From: Terriglobia bacterium
GTDB lineage: Bacteria > Acidobacteriota > Terriglobia > 20CM-2-55-15
Reading direction: 5' to 3'
Assembly: GCA_963664115.2 (NCBI GenBank)
Contig: CAXWPJ010000009.1
Location: forward strand, 608,001 to 672,000
DNA: 64,000 nt
Below are positions 19,461 to 28,874 of the stretch, piece by piece. Below the pieces are notes generated by a model, which had not been told where the DNA came from, ran no database searches, and saw nothing but the letters and a program-made list of their open reading frames with translations. A program made the translations under genes and the position numbers. Every line of letters starts with the position of its first letter. The first letter of the stretch is position 1.

Positions 19461-21220
19461 GCTTGGTGAGTCCCTTCCTGCGGCACCGCTCTGGGCCGGG
19501 AACCTGCCATGTAAGACGTCAGGGCTGCGGCCACCCGGGGTTCGCTCCGTTTCTGACTGATCCAGTCGCGAAGCTCAGGCAACTGATCGGCCATTACCTG
19601 GAAGTGTTCCATCAGTTCGCCCCACATTTCCTTACGCTCGAGAATCAGACTCCTGTAAATCCAGTGATCCGTCGTCGCCTGACTCGAGGCGATGACCGCG
19701 TCGAGGTGAACGAGAGCGTCGTCGAGCAGGCCTCCCCGCGCTTCGTAAATGCTCAGCGTGGGTAGTAGAGCGGCATTACTGGTCTTCTCATAGCCGTAAT
19801 GCAGGTGGCGGGCGGCACGACCGAACTCACCCGCGTTCGCATAGACATGACTGACGTTGATCCGTGCATCGACGATGGCCTGATTGCCGCGAATGGCCAG
19901 TTCCAGGTGTTCCCGGGCTTTATCGTTGTCACCGCGTTCCAGGTAGGCCGCTCCCCGTAAGGATTCAGCCACCGCATCGCCGGGGTAGAGGTCACCGAGC
20001 AACTCCAGCGCAATGTCCGCGCGCTTGAGCTGAAGATTCGCCTTGACCAGCGCCAATCGGACATCCCGGCGCTCGGTGTGGTGGGTCAATAGGTCCTCCA
20101 GGATCGTGGCAGCCTCCTGGAAGCTACCGGCGTCAGTGTAAACGGCGGCGAGTTCCAATCCGGGTTCCGCAAAGGCCGGATCCAGGTGACGCGCTCGACG
20201 GTAGTAAGACACCGCCTTGTCCAACTGGTCCATCTTCCTGTGGGTGAGACCGAGGTTGAAAGTCGCGACAGGGTTCCCTATGTTCCGCTCCAGGCTAGTC
20301 CGGTAGTACTTCCGGGCCTGCTCGTGATCACCCAGCGCCAGCGATACGTTGCCGCGCTCCAGATGGAGTTCGAAGGTGTCCAACCCGCACTTGGCGGCAC
20401 GATCCAGAAGCTCCCCGGCTGCTTCGTGGTTGCCGAGGTTCTTCTCGGATATGGCACAGTGGAGCAAGCTTATCGGATTGCCGGACATCTCAAACGATTT
20501 CAGAAACGGCTTGCGAGCCTCCCCGTGCTGCTTCAGTTCCTGAAGCTGGATGCCGTAATCCATGTAGGCCTTCGCATTCGTCGGATCCTCTTTCAGTTTC
20601 TTTTTGCCTAACTTCAGATACAGGTGTTGCTTCCGGACGACGCAATCCTCTCCCCGAACCTTCCCAAAATGGTGAATGACGACCGGGAGACTGGAAAACC
20701 GCAGGCTCGGAGGCAGCCGGGTGGGGTCGACGATCTCGTGGACGGCACCGTGGAAACGCAGCTTCGGGTCGTTACGGAAAAAGCGAATCAGGGGGTTGTC
20801 GACAAACCCGGGATAGGGACGACCTTCTTCGTAGTCACTGGTATTGGGTTCCCAACCGTGGACTTGGTTTTTATAGACATAGTTCCGCTGAGTCAACGAG
20901 TAACCGTCGTTGGGCCCCGCCATCGCCTGTTCCAAATTCTTCAGGTCGCCCTCGGCGATGCATTCGTCGGCGTCCAGGACCAGGATCCAGGGATGGGTTG
21001 CTTCGGCGAGCGAGATGTTGCGCGCGTCTCCGAAATGGTTCGTCCATTCGCTGTGAATAATCTTCGGGGAGAAGGCCTCCACTCTCTCCAGAGTCCGATC
21101 CGTGCTCCCGGTGTCCACAATAATGACTTCGGAAACTATAGAAATGACACTTGAAACGGCCTTGGCGATCCAATCTTCCTCATTCTTAACGATCATGCAT
21201 AGAGATATTCCGTTCGTCAT
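19457..21220 (-). CDS. GT2 glycosyltransferase with TPR repeats (candidate flagellin glycosyltransferase)
   Basis: SLCMIVKNEE, VDTGSTD, LDADE, VHE, followed by TPR array. Confidence 0.9.
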   Translation of the reverse strand: MTNGISLCMIVKNEEDWIAKAVSSVISIVSEVIIVDTGSTDRTLERVEAFSPKIIHSEWTNHFGDARNISLAEATHPWILVLDADECIAEGDLKNLEQAMAGPNDGYSLTQRNYVYKNQVHGWEPNTSDYEEGRPYPGFVDNPLIRFFRNDPKLRFHGAVHEIVDPTRLPPSLRFSSLPVVIHHFGKVRGEDCVVRKQHLYLKLGKKKLKEDPTNAKAYMDYGIQLQELKQHGEARKPFLKSFEMSGNPISLLHCAISEKNLGNHEAAGELLDRAAKCGLDTFELHLERGNVSLALGDHEQARKYYRTSLERNIGNPVATFNLGLTHRKMDQLDKAVSYYRRARHLDPAFAEPGLELAAVYTDAGSFQEAATILEDLLTHHTERRDVRLALVKANLQLKRADIALELLGDLYPGDAVAESLRGAAYLERGDNDKAREHLELAIRGNQAIVDARINVSHVYANAGEFGRAARHLHYGYEKTSNAALLPTLSIYEARGGLLDDALVHLDAVIASSQATTDHWIYRSLILERKEMWGELMEHFQVMADQLPELRDWISQKRSEPRVAAALTSYMAGSRPRAVPQEGTHQA

Positions 21221-21340
21221 GGTGGCTAACAGTGCAAGCGGGGAGCCAAAACCTGATCCACCGACCGGCCACTCTAGGCGCAAGGAAATCAAAGGTTTTG
21301 GAAAGAAATGAGGAGGGGTGTCGGTTTTTTGACACTGGGT

Positions 21341-21369
21341 CTAAAGTTCGACACCCCCTGATTCGATAA
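21341..21369 (+). promoter_or_regulatory. Sigma28 promoter of flagellin 1
   Basis: CTAAAG-N14-TTCGATAA. Confidence 0.72.
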
Positions 21370-21427
21370 GGAGTGTGATGGTCTACAAGTGGACCGTCAG
21401 CCCAGCGGGGCTATGAACTCAAAACGA

Positions 21428-21441
21428 CCGCAAGGATGCGG
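21428..21441 (+). promoter_or_regulatory. CsrA-type GGA hairpin in the flagellin 1 leader
   Basis: CCGCA-AGGA-TGCGG, plus a second ACGGA overlapping the SD. Confidence 0.65.
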
Positions 21442-21474
21442 CACTAACAAGTAAACTTCACGGAGGAAGCTTAA

Positions 21475-22302
21475 ATGAGCTTTTCAGTAGTTACGAACCT
21501 GTCCTCGATTAACGCCCAGGCCACTTTGGAAGGTACCCAGATGGGATTGCAGCGGACTTTGGCCCGCTTGACATCCGGCTTGCGTATCAACAGCTCTGCC
21601 GACGACGCCGCCGGCCTGGCCGTGGCCAACCGCCACAAATTGGACAACACCGGCCTGACCGTCGGTATCCGGAGTGCGAATGACGCCATCAGCAAGCTGC
21701 AGATCGAAGACGGCGCGTTGAACAACATCGCCTCGTTACTCGATCGCGCTTTGACTCTGGCCAGCCAGGCGGCTTCGGACACCTTCACCGGTTCTCGGGC
21801 GACCCTGGATGCCGAGTTCCAGTCGGTGCTCGCCGAAATCACCCGAAACGCGCAGGCTGCCGGCATCGAAACCGGCAATGCGAACCTGAACGCACGGTCG
21901 GTTTTCGTTGGGAACACCCAGACCAGCACCTCCGCCAGCGTTACCTATGTTTCGTTTGCTCTGACCACAGCGGCCGACGCTCAGGGTCTGGGAGTCAGCA
22001 CGCAGAACATCACCAACCAGGCCAATGCCGCAGCCGCCATCTCAAGTATTCAGACAGCCGTCGGTAGCCTGGGTACAGTTCAGGGCCGCGTGGGTGCGGC
22101 GATGAACCGCTTGAGTTTTGCGGTTTCACAGGCGCAAACGATGTCGGTCAGTGTGCGGGCTTCGGAATCCCGAATCCGTGACGCCAACATCGCTGAGGAA
22201 GCGGCAGCATTGACGAAGTTCAACATCCTGACCCAGAGCGGTTTGGCCGCGCTGTCTCAGGCGAACGCTTCGTCCCAGTCCGTTCTTCAGCTACTCCGGT
22301 AA
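21475..22302 (+). CDS. fliC: Flagellin (short, 275 aa)
   Basis: RLTSGLRINSSADDAAGL; SRIRDANIAEE...LSQAN. Confidence 0.96.
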   Translation: MSFSVVTNLSSINAQATLEGTQMGLQRTLARLTSGLRINSSADDAAGLAVANRHKLDNTGLTVGIRSANDAISKLQIEDGALNNIASLLDRALTLASQAASDTFTGSRATLDAEFQSVLAEITRNAQAAGIETGNANLNARSVFVGNTQTSTSASVTYVSFALTTAADAQGLGVSTQNITNQANAAAAISSIQTAVGSLGTVQGRVGAAMNRLSFAVSQAQTMSVSVRASESRIRDANIAEEAAALTKFNILTQSGLAALSQANASSQSVLQLLR

Positions 22303-22410
22303 AATCTGGAGGCACCGGCGCCGAATTCCATGAACTCGAGTAGTTAGACATCGCAGGGAAGGATTTCGGCCGTCTGTACTCTGAATTTTTACGAAAATCT
22401 CCGGGGGTCT

Positions 22411-22439
22411 CTAAAGAGGCCTCCGGGGACTGCCGATAA
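22411..22439 (+). promoter_or_regulatory. Sigma28 promoter of fliD
   Basis: CTAAAG-N15-GCCGATAA. Confidence 0.85.
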
Positions 22440-22478
22440 CGTGGTTGCGAACGAGATTGAGAGATCGAGGAGACAACC

Positions 22479-23834
22479 ATGGCAGGCGAGATTAACTTTT
22501 CAGGATTCAACGGCTTTGACTTCGGCCAAATCATCGACGTCACGATCGAAGCCGAAAGCGCTCCCCTAAAAGCATTACAGGACAAAGACAGCGACCTCAG
22601 AAAGAAGGATTCCGCGCTGGGATCGTTCGGCCTCGAAGTGGCCGACCTGCAGGATCCCGTTGGTGATCTTGTTCTTGGTACAGTATTTACAGACCTTGAG
22701 GCGTCCAGCACCGACGAAGACGTGGCCACGGTGACGCTCGGGGACACCGCGGTTATCGGGGCCTACGACCTCAACATCACCCAACTGGCTAAAGCCCAGG
22801 TCACGGCATCCACAAACGGATACACGAACACGACCGATACCGCCGCTGATGGCGGCACGATTTCGTTCACGATCGGCGCTGCGACCACGACCGACATCAC
22901 GATCAGCGCCGCGACCTCGGTGGCCGAGCTCAAAACCTTGATCAACAACCAGAATTCGGGCGTCGTCGCCTCTGTGGTTAATGACGGCACGAACAACAAG
23001 CTCGTAATTTCCAGTCGAGCTACGGGAGCCACAAACGGATTCACGATCAACAACAGCCTGACCAACGGTGTCGCCACCGTCGTGGCGTTTGCGGTGGGAC
23101 AGAGCCCCTCGGTCGGCAACAGTCAGGATTCACAGGACTCCGCATTTACCGTAAACGGCCTCGCGATTTCCAGCGCTTCGAATACAGTAACGGACGCGGT
23201 TCCGGGAACAACCGTAAAGCTGGTAGCGACTGGAACGGCAACCGTCAACGTGGAAGCCGACTACGATACGCTCAAAGAACACGTCAAGACCTTCATCACG
23301 GAATTCAATGCCTTGAAGGAATTCTTCGATAAGCAGACCAAAATCGACAGCATCACCGGAAAACCGGGGCCACTGGCCAATGACTCGATTCTGCGGCAGG
23401 CTCTGTCCGACGTTAAGAACATCATACTCACATCGAATGGTAACAACGGTACGTACTCATACTTGACCGAAGTCGGCGTCGAGTTTAAGCAGGATGGAAC
23501 TCTGACGCTGGACGACGAAACGTTCGACACCGCAATCAATACGGCGATTACAGATCTCCAGAAGCTCTTTCAGGGTGACGGCACCGTGGACGGCGTTTTT
23601 GACGATCTGAAATCGGCACTCAACAACATCGACAACACTGCGGGGTTGATCAAAACGACGCGGGACGCGTTGAGCCAGGCCATCAAGAACCTCCGCGACC
23701 AGATTCTCGGGCAGCAATTGCGCCTGGAGCTGAGACGGACGGAACTCCAGAAGTTGTATGCAGCGGCTGATCTGACCATGTCCCGACTCACGTCACAACA
23801 GGGCGCACTGGGATCGATCGGCTTTGCGTTCTAG
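22479..23834 (+). CDS. fliD: Flagellar filament cap protein FliD
   Basis: N-terminal INFSG..FDFGQII, ITQLAKAQ, SNTVTDAVPG, coiled-coil C-terminus. Confidence 0.93.
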   Translation: MAGEINFSGFNGFDFGQIIDVTIEAESAPLKALQDKDSDLRKKDSALGSFGLEVADLQDPVGDLVLGTVFTDLEASSTDEDVATVTLGDTAVIGAYDLNITQLAKAQVTASTNGYTNTTDTAADGGTISFTIGAATTTDITISAATSVAELKTLINNQNSGVVASVVNDGTNNKLVISSRATGATNGFTINNSLTNGVATVVAFAVGQSPSVGNSQDSQDSAFTVNGLAISSASNTVTDAVPGTTVKLVATGTATVNVEADYDTLKEHVKTFITEFNALKEFFDKQTKIDSITGKPGPLANDSILRQALSDVKNIILTSNGNNGTYSYLTEVGVEFKQDGTLTLDDETFDTAINTAITDLQKLFQGDGTVDGVFDDLKSALNNIDNTAGLIKTTRDALSQAIKNLRDQILGQQLRLELRRTELQKLYAAADLTMSRLTSQQGALGSIGFAF

Positions 23835-23877
23835 ACAGCAGTACGGGCGAGTGCCGTACAACAAGAAAGAGGAGCCT

Positions 23878-24321
23878 ATGAACTACTCAAACTATCAATC
23901 CGATGCTTACAAGGAAACGTCGGTAACGACTTCCAACCAGACCAAGCTGATCGTCATGCTCTACGAAGGCGCGATACGTTTTCTTCGTGAAGCGGTTGGT
24001 GCCATCGAAAACAAGGACATCGGTGCCAAAGCCAAGGCATGTGATCGCGCTCTTGCCATCGTTCAGCACCTCCATCTCTCTCTCGACATGGAACGTGGCC
24101 AGGAGATCTCCGCCGATTTGGACCTACTCTACCGCTTCGTAATTTCTAAGATTGTGGACGGGTCGAGCCAACTGTCGTCGAAGAACTTGGATGAGGCAAT
24201 CAAAGTGCTAGACACACTCTGTACTGCATGGACTGAGTTGGCCCAGAAGGAGCAAGTGGAATCGGTCCCTACCGAACTGCTGGCCCAAGCTGCAAAGGGC
24301 CGGCTGGCGCTGCACGGATAA
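23878..24321 (+). CDS. fliS: Flagellin chaperone FliS
   Basis: LIVMLYEGAIRFL, LDMERG..I...L..LY; RBS GAGGAG. Confidence 0.94.
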   Translation: MNYSNYQSDAYKETSVTTSNQTKLIVMLYEGAIRFLREAVGAIENKDIGAKAKACDRALAIVQHLHLSLDMERGQEISADLDLLYRFVISKIVDGSSQLSSKNLDEAIKVLDTLCTAWTELAQKEQVESVPTELLAQAAKGRLALHG

Positions 24322-24335
24322 TTCAGGAGGAATAG

Positions 24336-24770
24336 ATGAATTCTGCTCAAATCATAACAAGCCTCGAACGCGAGAGGCAATTACTTGAAGAATTTCGCAG
24401 CGTATCCGAACAGCAACTCAGGCTCATCGGAGATGACAATATCGACGGTGTTGAAAACTTACTCGGACGACGGGCGGACCTGATGGTGGAACTGACCGCG
24501 ATCGAGTCCACGCTGGCCACGTGGATTGCCCAGATCCGTCATGACCCTTCGGTCACTCCTGAAATGATGCATGAGCTTCGGACTCTGAACGATGAAATCG
24601 TGGAGCTGGCCAAGGAAGTGGTGGCCATCGATGCTGAAACTCACTGGAAGCTCGACCTCATTCGCGAACGGACACAGGCCGAGTTGAAGGACATCGATAC
24701 GAGCGTCCGGGCGCTGACGCAATACGGGAACACCGTCGAGGCCCAACCGCGACTCGACATCGACGGCTAG
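24336..24770 (+). CDS. FliT/FlgN-like helical flagellar chaperone
   Basis: Helical ORF after fliS with RBS AGGAGG; assigned from position. Confidence 0.6.
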   Translation: MNSAQIITSLERERQLLEEFRSVSEQQLRLIGDDNIDGVENLLGRRADLMVELTAIESTLATWIAQIRHDPSVTPEMMHELRTLNDEIVELAKEVVAIDAETHWKLDLIRERTQAELKDIDTSVRALTQYGNTVEAQPRLDIDG

Positions 24771-24959
24771 GCGCGCACACGTTCTCCAGGTGCCCGACGG
24801 TTGATTTTGCCTACCCGGCAAATTTGACCCACCTCGAGGATCAAACTCGAAGCACCTCTCGCACTTCTTTATCACAAGAGCCTTGGCGTTCAGAAAACGC
24901 AGGAACTCTGCAGTCAACGTGCGCGAGAAAAATGACCGAACGATTTTCGTCACAAGAAC

Positions 24960-24988
24960 CTAAAGGTTTGTGACACCGGTACCGATAG
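24960..24988 (+). promoter_or_regulatory. Sigma28 promoter of flagellin 2
   Basis: CTAAAG-N15-ACCGATAG. Confidence 0.75.
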
Positions 24989-25035
24989 AGAAAGTATCTG
25001 GCCAAATGGTCAGGTAAGAGAAACGAGGGAGTAGG

Positions 25036-25051
25036 CCAGCACGGATGCTGG
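25036..25051 (+). promoter_or_regulatory. CsrA-type GGA hairpin in the flagellin 2 leader
   Basis: CCAGCA-CGGA-TGCTGG, plus ACGGAGG at the SD. Confidence 0.65.
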
Positions 25052-25077
25052 TTTCCAAAATCACGGAGGATTATTCA

Positions 25078-25908
25078 ATGAGTTTTTCAGTAGTCACCAA
25101 CCTTGCATCCATCAACGCACAAGCGACTCTCCAGGGAACCCAGATGGGTCTTCAACGAACACTGGCGCGCCTGACTTCGGGATTGCGCATCAACAGCGCG
25201 GCCGATGACGCCGCCGGCCTCGCCGTTGCGAACCGCCACAAGCTGGATAACACGGGTCTGACTATCGGTATCCGGAGTGCCAACGACGCGATCAGCAAAT
25301 TGCAGATCGAAGACGGTGCGCTCAGCAACATCGCTTCGTTGCTGGACCGGGCCCTGACTCTGGCCAGCCAGGCCGCTTCGGACACCTTCACGGGTTCCCG
25401 CGCAACCCTGGATGCCGAGTTCCAGTCGGTCTTATCGGAGATCACCCGAAACGCGACGGCCGCCGGTATCGAGACGGGCAATACCAATTTGAGTGCCCGG
25501 TCGGTGTTTGTCGGAAACACGACGACCAACACGTCGGCGAGCGTGACCTACGTTTCGTTTGCACTCACGACTGCGGTCGACGCTACAGGACTGGGTGTCA
25601 GCACGCAGGACATCACGAGCCAGGCCAATGCGGCGACCGCCATCTCGGCCATCCAGGCCGCGGTCGGAAATCTGGGAACGGTTCAGGGGCGTGTCGGTGC
25701 GGCAATGAACCGACTGAGTTTCGCCATTTCCCAGGCGCAGACGATGTCGGTCAGTGTCCGGGCATCGGAGTCTCGGATCCGTGATGCCAACATCGCTGAG
25801 GAAGCGGCAGCACTGACGAAGTTCAACATCCTCACCCAGAGTGGTTTGGCCGCTCTGAGTCAGGCGAACCAGTCGGCGCAGTCCGTATTGCAGCTACTCC
25901 GGCAGTAG
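25078..25908 (+). CDS. fliC: Flagellin, second paralog
   Basis: Near-identical protein to 21475..22302; ATG 25078 after GGAGG. Confidence 0.96.
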   Translation: MSFSVVTNLASINAQATLQGTQMGLQRTLARLTSGLRINSAADDAAGLAVANRHKLDNTGLTIGIRSANDAISKLQIEDGALSNIASLLDRALTLASQAASDTFTGSRATLDAEFQSVLSEITRNATAAGIETGNTNLSARSVFVGNTTTNTSASVTYVSFALTTAVDATGLGVSTQDITSQANAATAISAIQAAVGNLGTVQGRVGAAMNRLSFAISQAQTMSVSVRASESRIRDANIAEEAAALTKFNILTQSGLAALSQANQSAQSVLQLLRQ

Positions 25909-26003
25909 TAAAACTTTCGTGGGGGCGATAGCCGTCCCTGGCCTGATGACGCGACACCCGTAAGATCGCCCCCGAAGAACAGGCCAGCATAAACACACTC
26001 GAA

Positions 26004-26032
26004 GAAAAGCCCGGCTAAAGCCGGGCTTTTTC
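26004..26032. terminator. Bidirectional intrinsic terminator
   Basis: AAAAGCCCGGC-TAAA-GCCGGGCTTTTT. Confidence 0.85.
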
Positions 26033-26089
26033 GCGATTAGACACTACGCTGATTGTGCCACATATTTTTGGCAGGGCTGGGGATTCGGC

Positions 26090-26314
26090 CTATGAGGAGT
26101 GCTCCCCGCCTTTCGAACGCGAAAGCTCGTTTTCTGCTGTTGCGAGTCGATCCCTCTTAGTCGATAGTTCCTTATAGACCAACGACAGCCGCTTCCGTTC
26201 AGTCATCAGTTCCTGCTCCAGGGCTGCCAGCCGCTCTCTTTCAATTGATAAGTCCTGCTTCAGTTCGTCGACCCTGGCACTCACGCCGGTGAAATGGCCC
26301 GGGACATCCGGCAA
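26090..26314 (-). CDS. Coiled-coil hypothetical protein
   Basis: 74-aa ORF with heptad pattern; start codon uncertain. Confidence 0.4.
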   Translation of the reverse strand: MPDVPGHFTGVSARVDELKQDLSIERERLAALEQELMTERKRLSLVYKELSTKRDRLATAENELSRSKGGEHSS

Positions 26315-26458
26315 TCCGACATCCTCGAAGGAGTCCTTAGCGGTTTGATTCGTTTTCGCCCTGAATGTAGCCTCAAGAAACCCCCGTCCGAAGCGTCGGT
26401 CGGGCTCTATATGACAACCTTCGGCCCATTCGTTCCAGGCATTGATAAAGACAAATCG

Positions 26459-27843
26459 GAGTTATTGTCAAAAGTGGTGTTTAGGAGATTGATTCAAGCG
26501 GCGGCCTGATCGACTTGTGTCGCTTCGACACCATCGTTGAATTTCACTCCGATGATTACCTTGCTCAGATCATCGAATCCTCGTAATCGTCGCCAATTGT
26601 TCTCAGCGCACTGGCCCAGTTTGAACATCATGTGCAGCATGCCATCCCGTGTCAGGCAACCTCTGGATCGCTTCGTTCGGTGTCGAATGGTGGCAAAGGT
26701 CGACTCAATGGGATTCGTCGTTCTGATGCTCTGCCAGTGCTTGGCCGGAAAGTCGTAAAAGGCCAGCAGTTCCTCTCTGTCTTTCTGCAGGCAGAGTGTG
26801 GCTTTCGGATACTTCGGTTCATAGGTTTCAATGAACAAGTCGAATGCCTTCTCGGCGTCTGCCTTCGTCTCGGCCTGCCAGATCGAGTGCAGGGCCTGTT
26901 TCGCCTTCGCCTGGACCGACTTGGGCAGGCAGTTGAGGACGTTCATGACTTTGTGCATCCAGCAACGTTGTTGACGTGTCTCGGGATAGATTTCCTCCAG
27001 TGCGGCCCAGAACCCCATCGCACCGTCACCGATGGCCAACTTCGGAACATTCATCCCACGGGACTTCAGCTTCAACAAGACCTCGCGCCAACTCTGTGTC
27101 GATTCCCGTACACCGTCTTCGATCGCCAGGAAACGCTTCTCTCCGCGTTCATTCACGCCGATCACGACCAATGCACACAACTTGGTTTGTTCCGCCCGAA
27201 GTCCGCTGTAGATGCCGTCGGCCCAGACATAGACCCAGCGATCTGCATCCAAACGCTCCTCGCATCCGAGGCGGTACTGTTCGCCCCAAACCTGTTTCAA
27301 CCGCGATACCGTGCTCGCCGACAGACCCTGCGCCTGGGGACCGACAAGAACTTTTAGGGCCTCACCCATCTCGCCGCTGGAAACGCCTTTCAAATACAAC
27401 CACGGCACCGCTGCTTCCAGCGACTTCGTCTTCCGAATGTACGGTGGTACCAGGGCCGATCGGAACGTCACAGCTTCGCCCGTCTTGGCACGGACCTTCG
27501 GGATTTGGACTGTTACCGGACCCAATCCCGTCTGCAGTTCGCGTTCCGGCAGATAACCGTTGCGTACCACCCCGGCGTTTCCTGTCTCAGTTCGCCGGCC
27601 ACCGTGCTGGGATAGCAGCTCTGCCAATTCGGCTTCCACTGCGCGTTGGATCAGTTGCTGTGCCCCAACTCGTAGTAGTTCTGTTACTGGATCCTCAATC
27701 GTTTCTCGACCTTCCGGTCCATTCACGTTACTCTTGCTCACAGTGGCGTATCTCCTATGGTTGCTTTGAAGTTTTGTCACAACAAATCAACCAGATACGC
27801 CGCTCTTATTCAATCCCTCAAACACCAGATTCGGTTATAACTT
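26459..27843 (-). mobile_element. IS256 family insertion sequence (~1385 bp)
   Basis: Imperfect terminal IRs GAGTTATTGTCAAAAGTGGTGTTT and GAGTTATAACCGAATCTGGTGTTT; matching copies at 50.5 and 52-53 kb. Confidence 0.93.
26494..27741 (-). CDS. IS256 family DDE transposase
   Basis: WADGIY, DGVRES, IGDG, QRCWMHK, RTTNPIES; GTG start after AGGAG. Confidence 0.95.
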   Translation of the reverse strand: MSKSNVNGPEGRETIEDPVTELLRVGAQQLIQRAVEAELAELLSQHGGRRTETGNAGVVRNGYLPERELQTGLGPVTVQIPKVRAKTGEAVTFRSALVPPYIRKTKSLEAAVPWLYLKGVSSGEMGEALKVLVGPQAQGLSASTVSRLKQVWGEQYRLGCEERLDADRWVYVWADGIYSGLRAEQTKLCALVVIGVNERGEKRFLAIEDGVRESTQSWREVLLKLKSRGMNVPKLAIGDGAMGFWAALEEIYPETRQQRCWMHKVMNVLNCLPKSVQAKAKQALHSIWQAETKADAEKAFDLFIETYEPKYPKATLCLQKDREELLAFYDFPAKHWQSIRTTNPIESTFATIRHRTKRSRGCLTRDGMLHMMFKLGQCAENNWRRLRGFDDLSKVIIGVKFNDGVEATQVDQAAA

Positions 27844-28797
27844 GAGTTCATTCGAAGAAATCCGACTTACAAGAAAGAACAAGCATGGTTCGTCGATCGC
27901 AGAGCTGATTGGTTCGACAAGCACGGAATCGATCTCACTCGAATCTGGCCCGGGGATATCGACGATGCTGATAAATTCGTCCAGGCGCACCTCCATTCGG
28001 ACGACGAGATCTTGGACTGGCGTCTCGGTGTCGACGCCGACCGTGAGGCGATCCACCAGAAGTGGGGAGTAAAGTGGCCGTTCGATCCCGATCTATCCCT
28101 TCCAGCCAGCCGCATAAACCCCGGGAACATCTCGATTCCAGATTGTTTGGATGCAGTGCCGGTCGATGAAGATGTGTATTTCGACGGTGAATCTGCCTCG
28201 GACCGCGCTCGACAGATTCGATCCGACCTGCGGACACATCGGCAACACATCAAGATCCTTCCGACTGACCATCCTGGCCAACCCGGGCCGAACGGGACGT
28301 GGCGTTCCGTTGCGTATCAGATTGGACGTGCTTTGACTTGCTACCTCGGAGATATGGCACCCGACAACTTTCTCGGTTCCAGGATCGTGATGGACGTAGA
28401 AGGTGAGTCACTCGTGATACGGAAAGTCAATTTACCCGGCGACGCCCCCAGCGACATTAGATCAAGCGAGTTTAAGGTCGATCCGAGTCTTGGACGGCTC
28501 GGAAACTACCGACGTTTCAATGAATACATGGAAACTTTCAGCTGGCCCGACGATGACGCCCGTTTCTTCAAGCCATGGAACCCGGTTCCATTGGAAACGT
28601 ACGAGGGCTATCTCCGAGTATGGGACACCCGTAAGCTCAACCCTGACGTCAATTTTGCCGAGATCGCACGGCGACTCGACGGGGACGAATACGCTAAAGA
28701 ATGGCGGCGTGAATCTCTAAGGAAACAGGCTGCCCGCCAGCACCGGAAAGCTCAGGAACTAATCGAAGGCGGCTTTCTCGAGATCCACTAATCCAGC

Positions 28798-28868
28798 CGG
28801 ACATCTGCCGTACACACCCCCTGTACCGCAGATGTCCGTTGACCTTTCCCACCTTGCCGAATTAAATC
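28798..28868 (+). promoter_or_regulatory. Inverted repeat abutting a sigma70-type promoter
   Basis: CGGACATCTGC.GTACA-N7-TGTAC.GCAGATGTCCG, then TTGACC-N17-TTAAAT. Confidence 0.55.
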
Positions 28869-28874
28869 GTATGT

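Larger units (their letters stand above)
26411..28791 (+). pseudogene. FseA-like (DUF6499/DUF2285-type) transcriptional activator interrupted by IS256
   Basis: 26411-26458 ([16 protein letters not shown]) joins in frame to 27844-28791 (EFIRRNPTY...YLRVWD...FAEIARRL...AQELIEGGFLEIH). Confidence 0.6.

Noticed and set aside
26632-27845. Long antisense ORFs (241 and 289 aa) in IS256, and similar shadow ORFs over other genes
   Set aside because: Antisense shadows typical of GC-rich coding DNA, with no motifs or RBS
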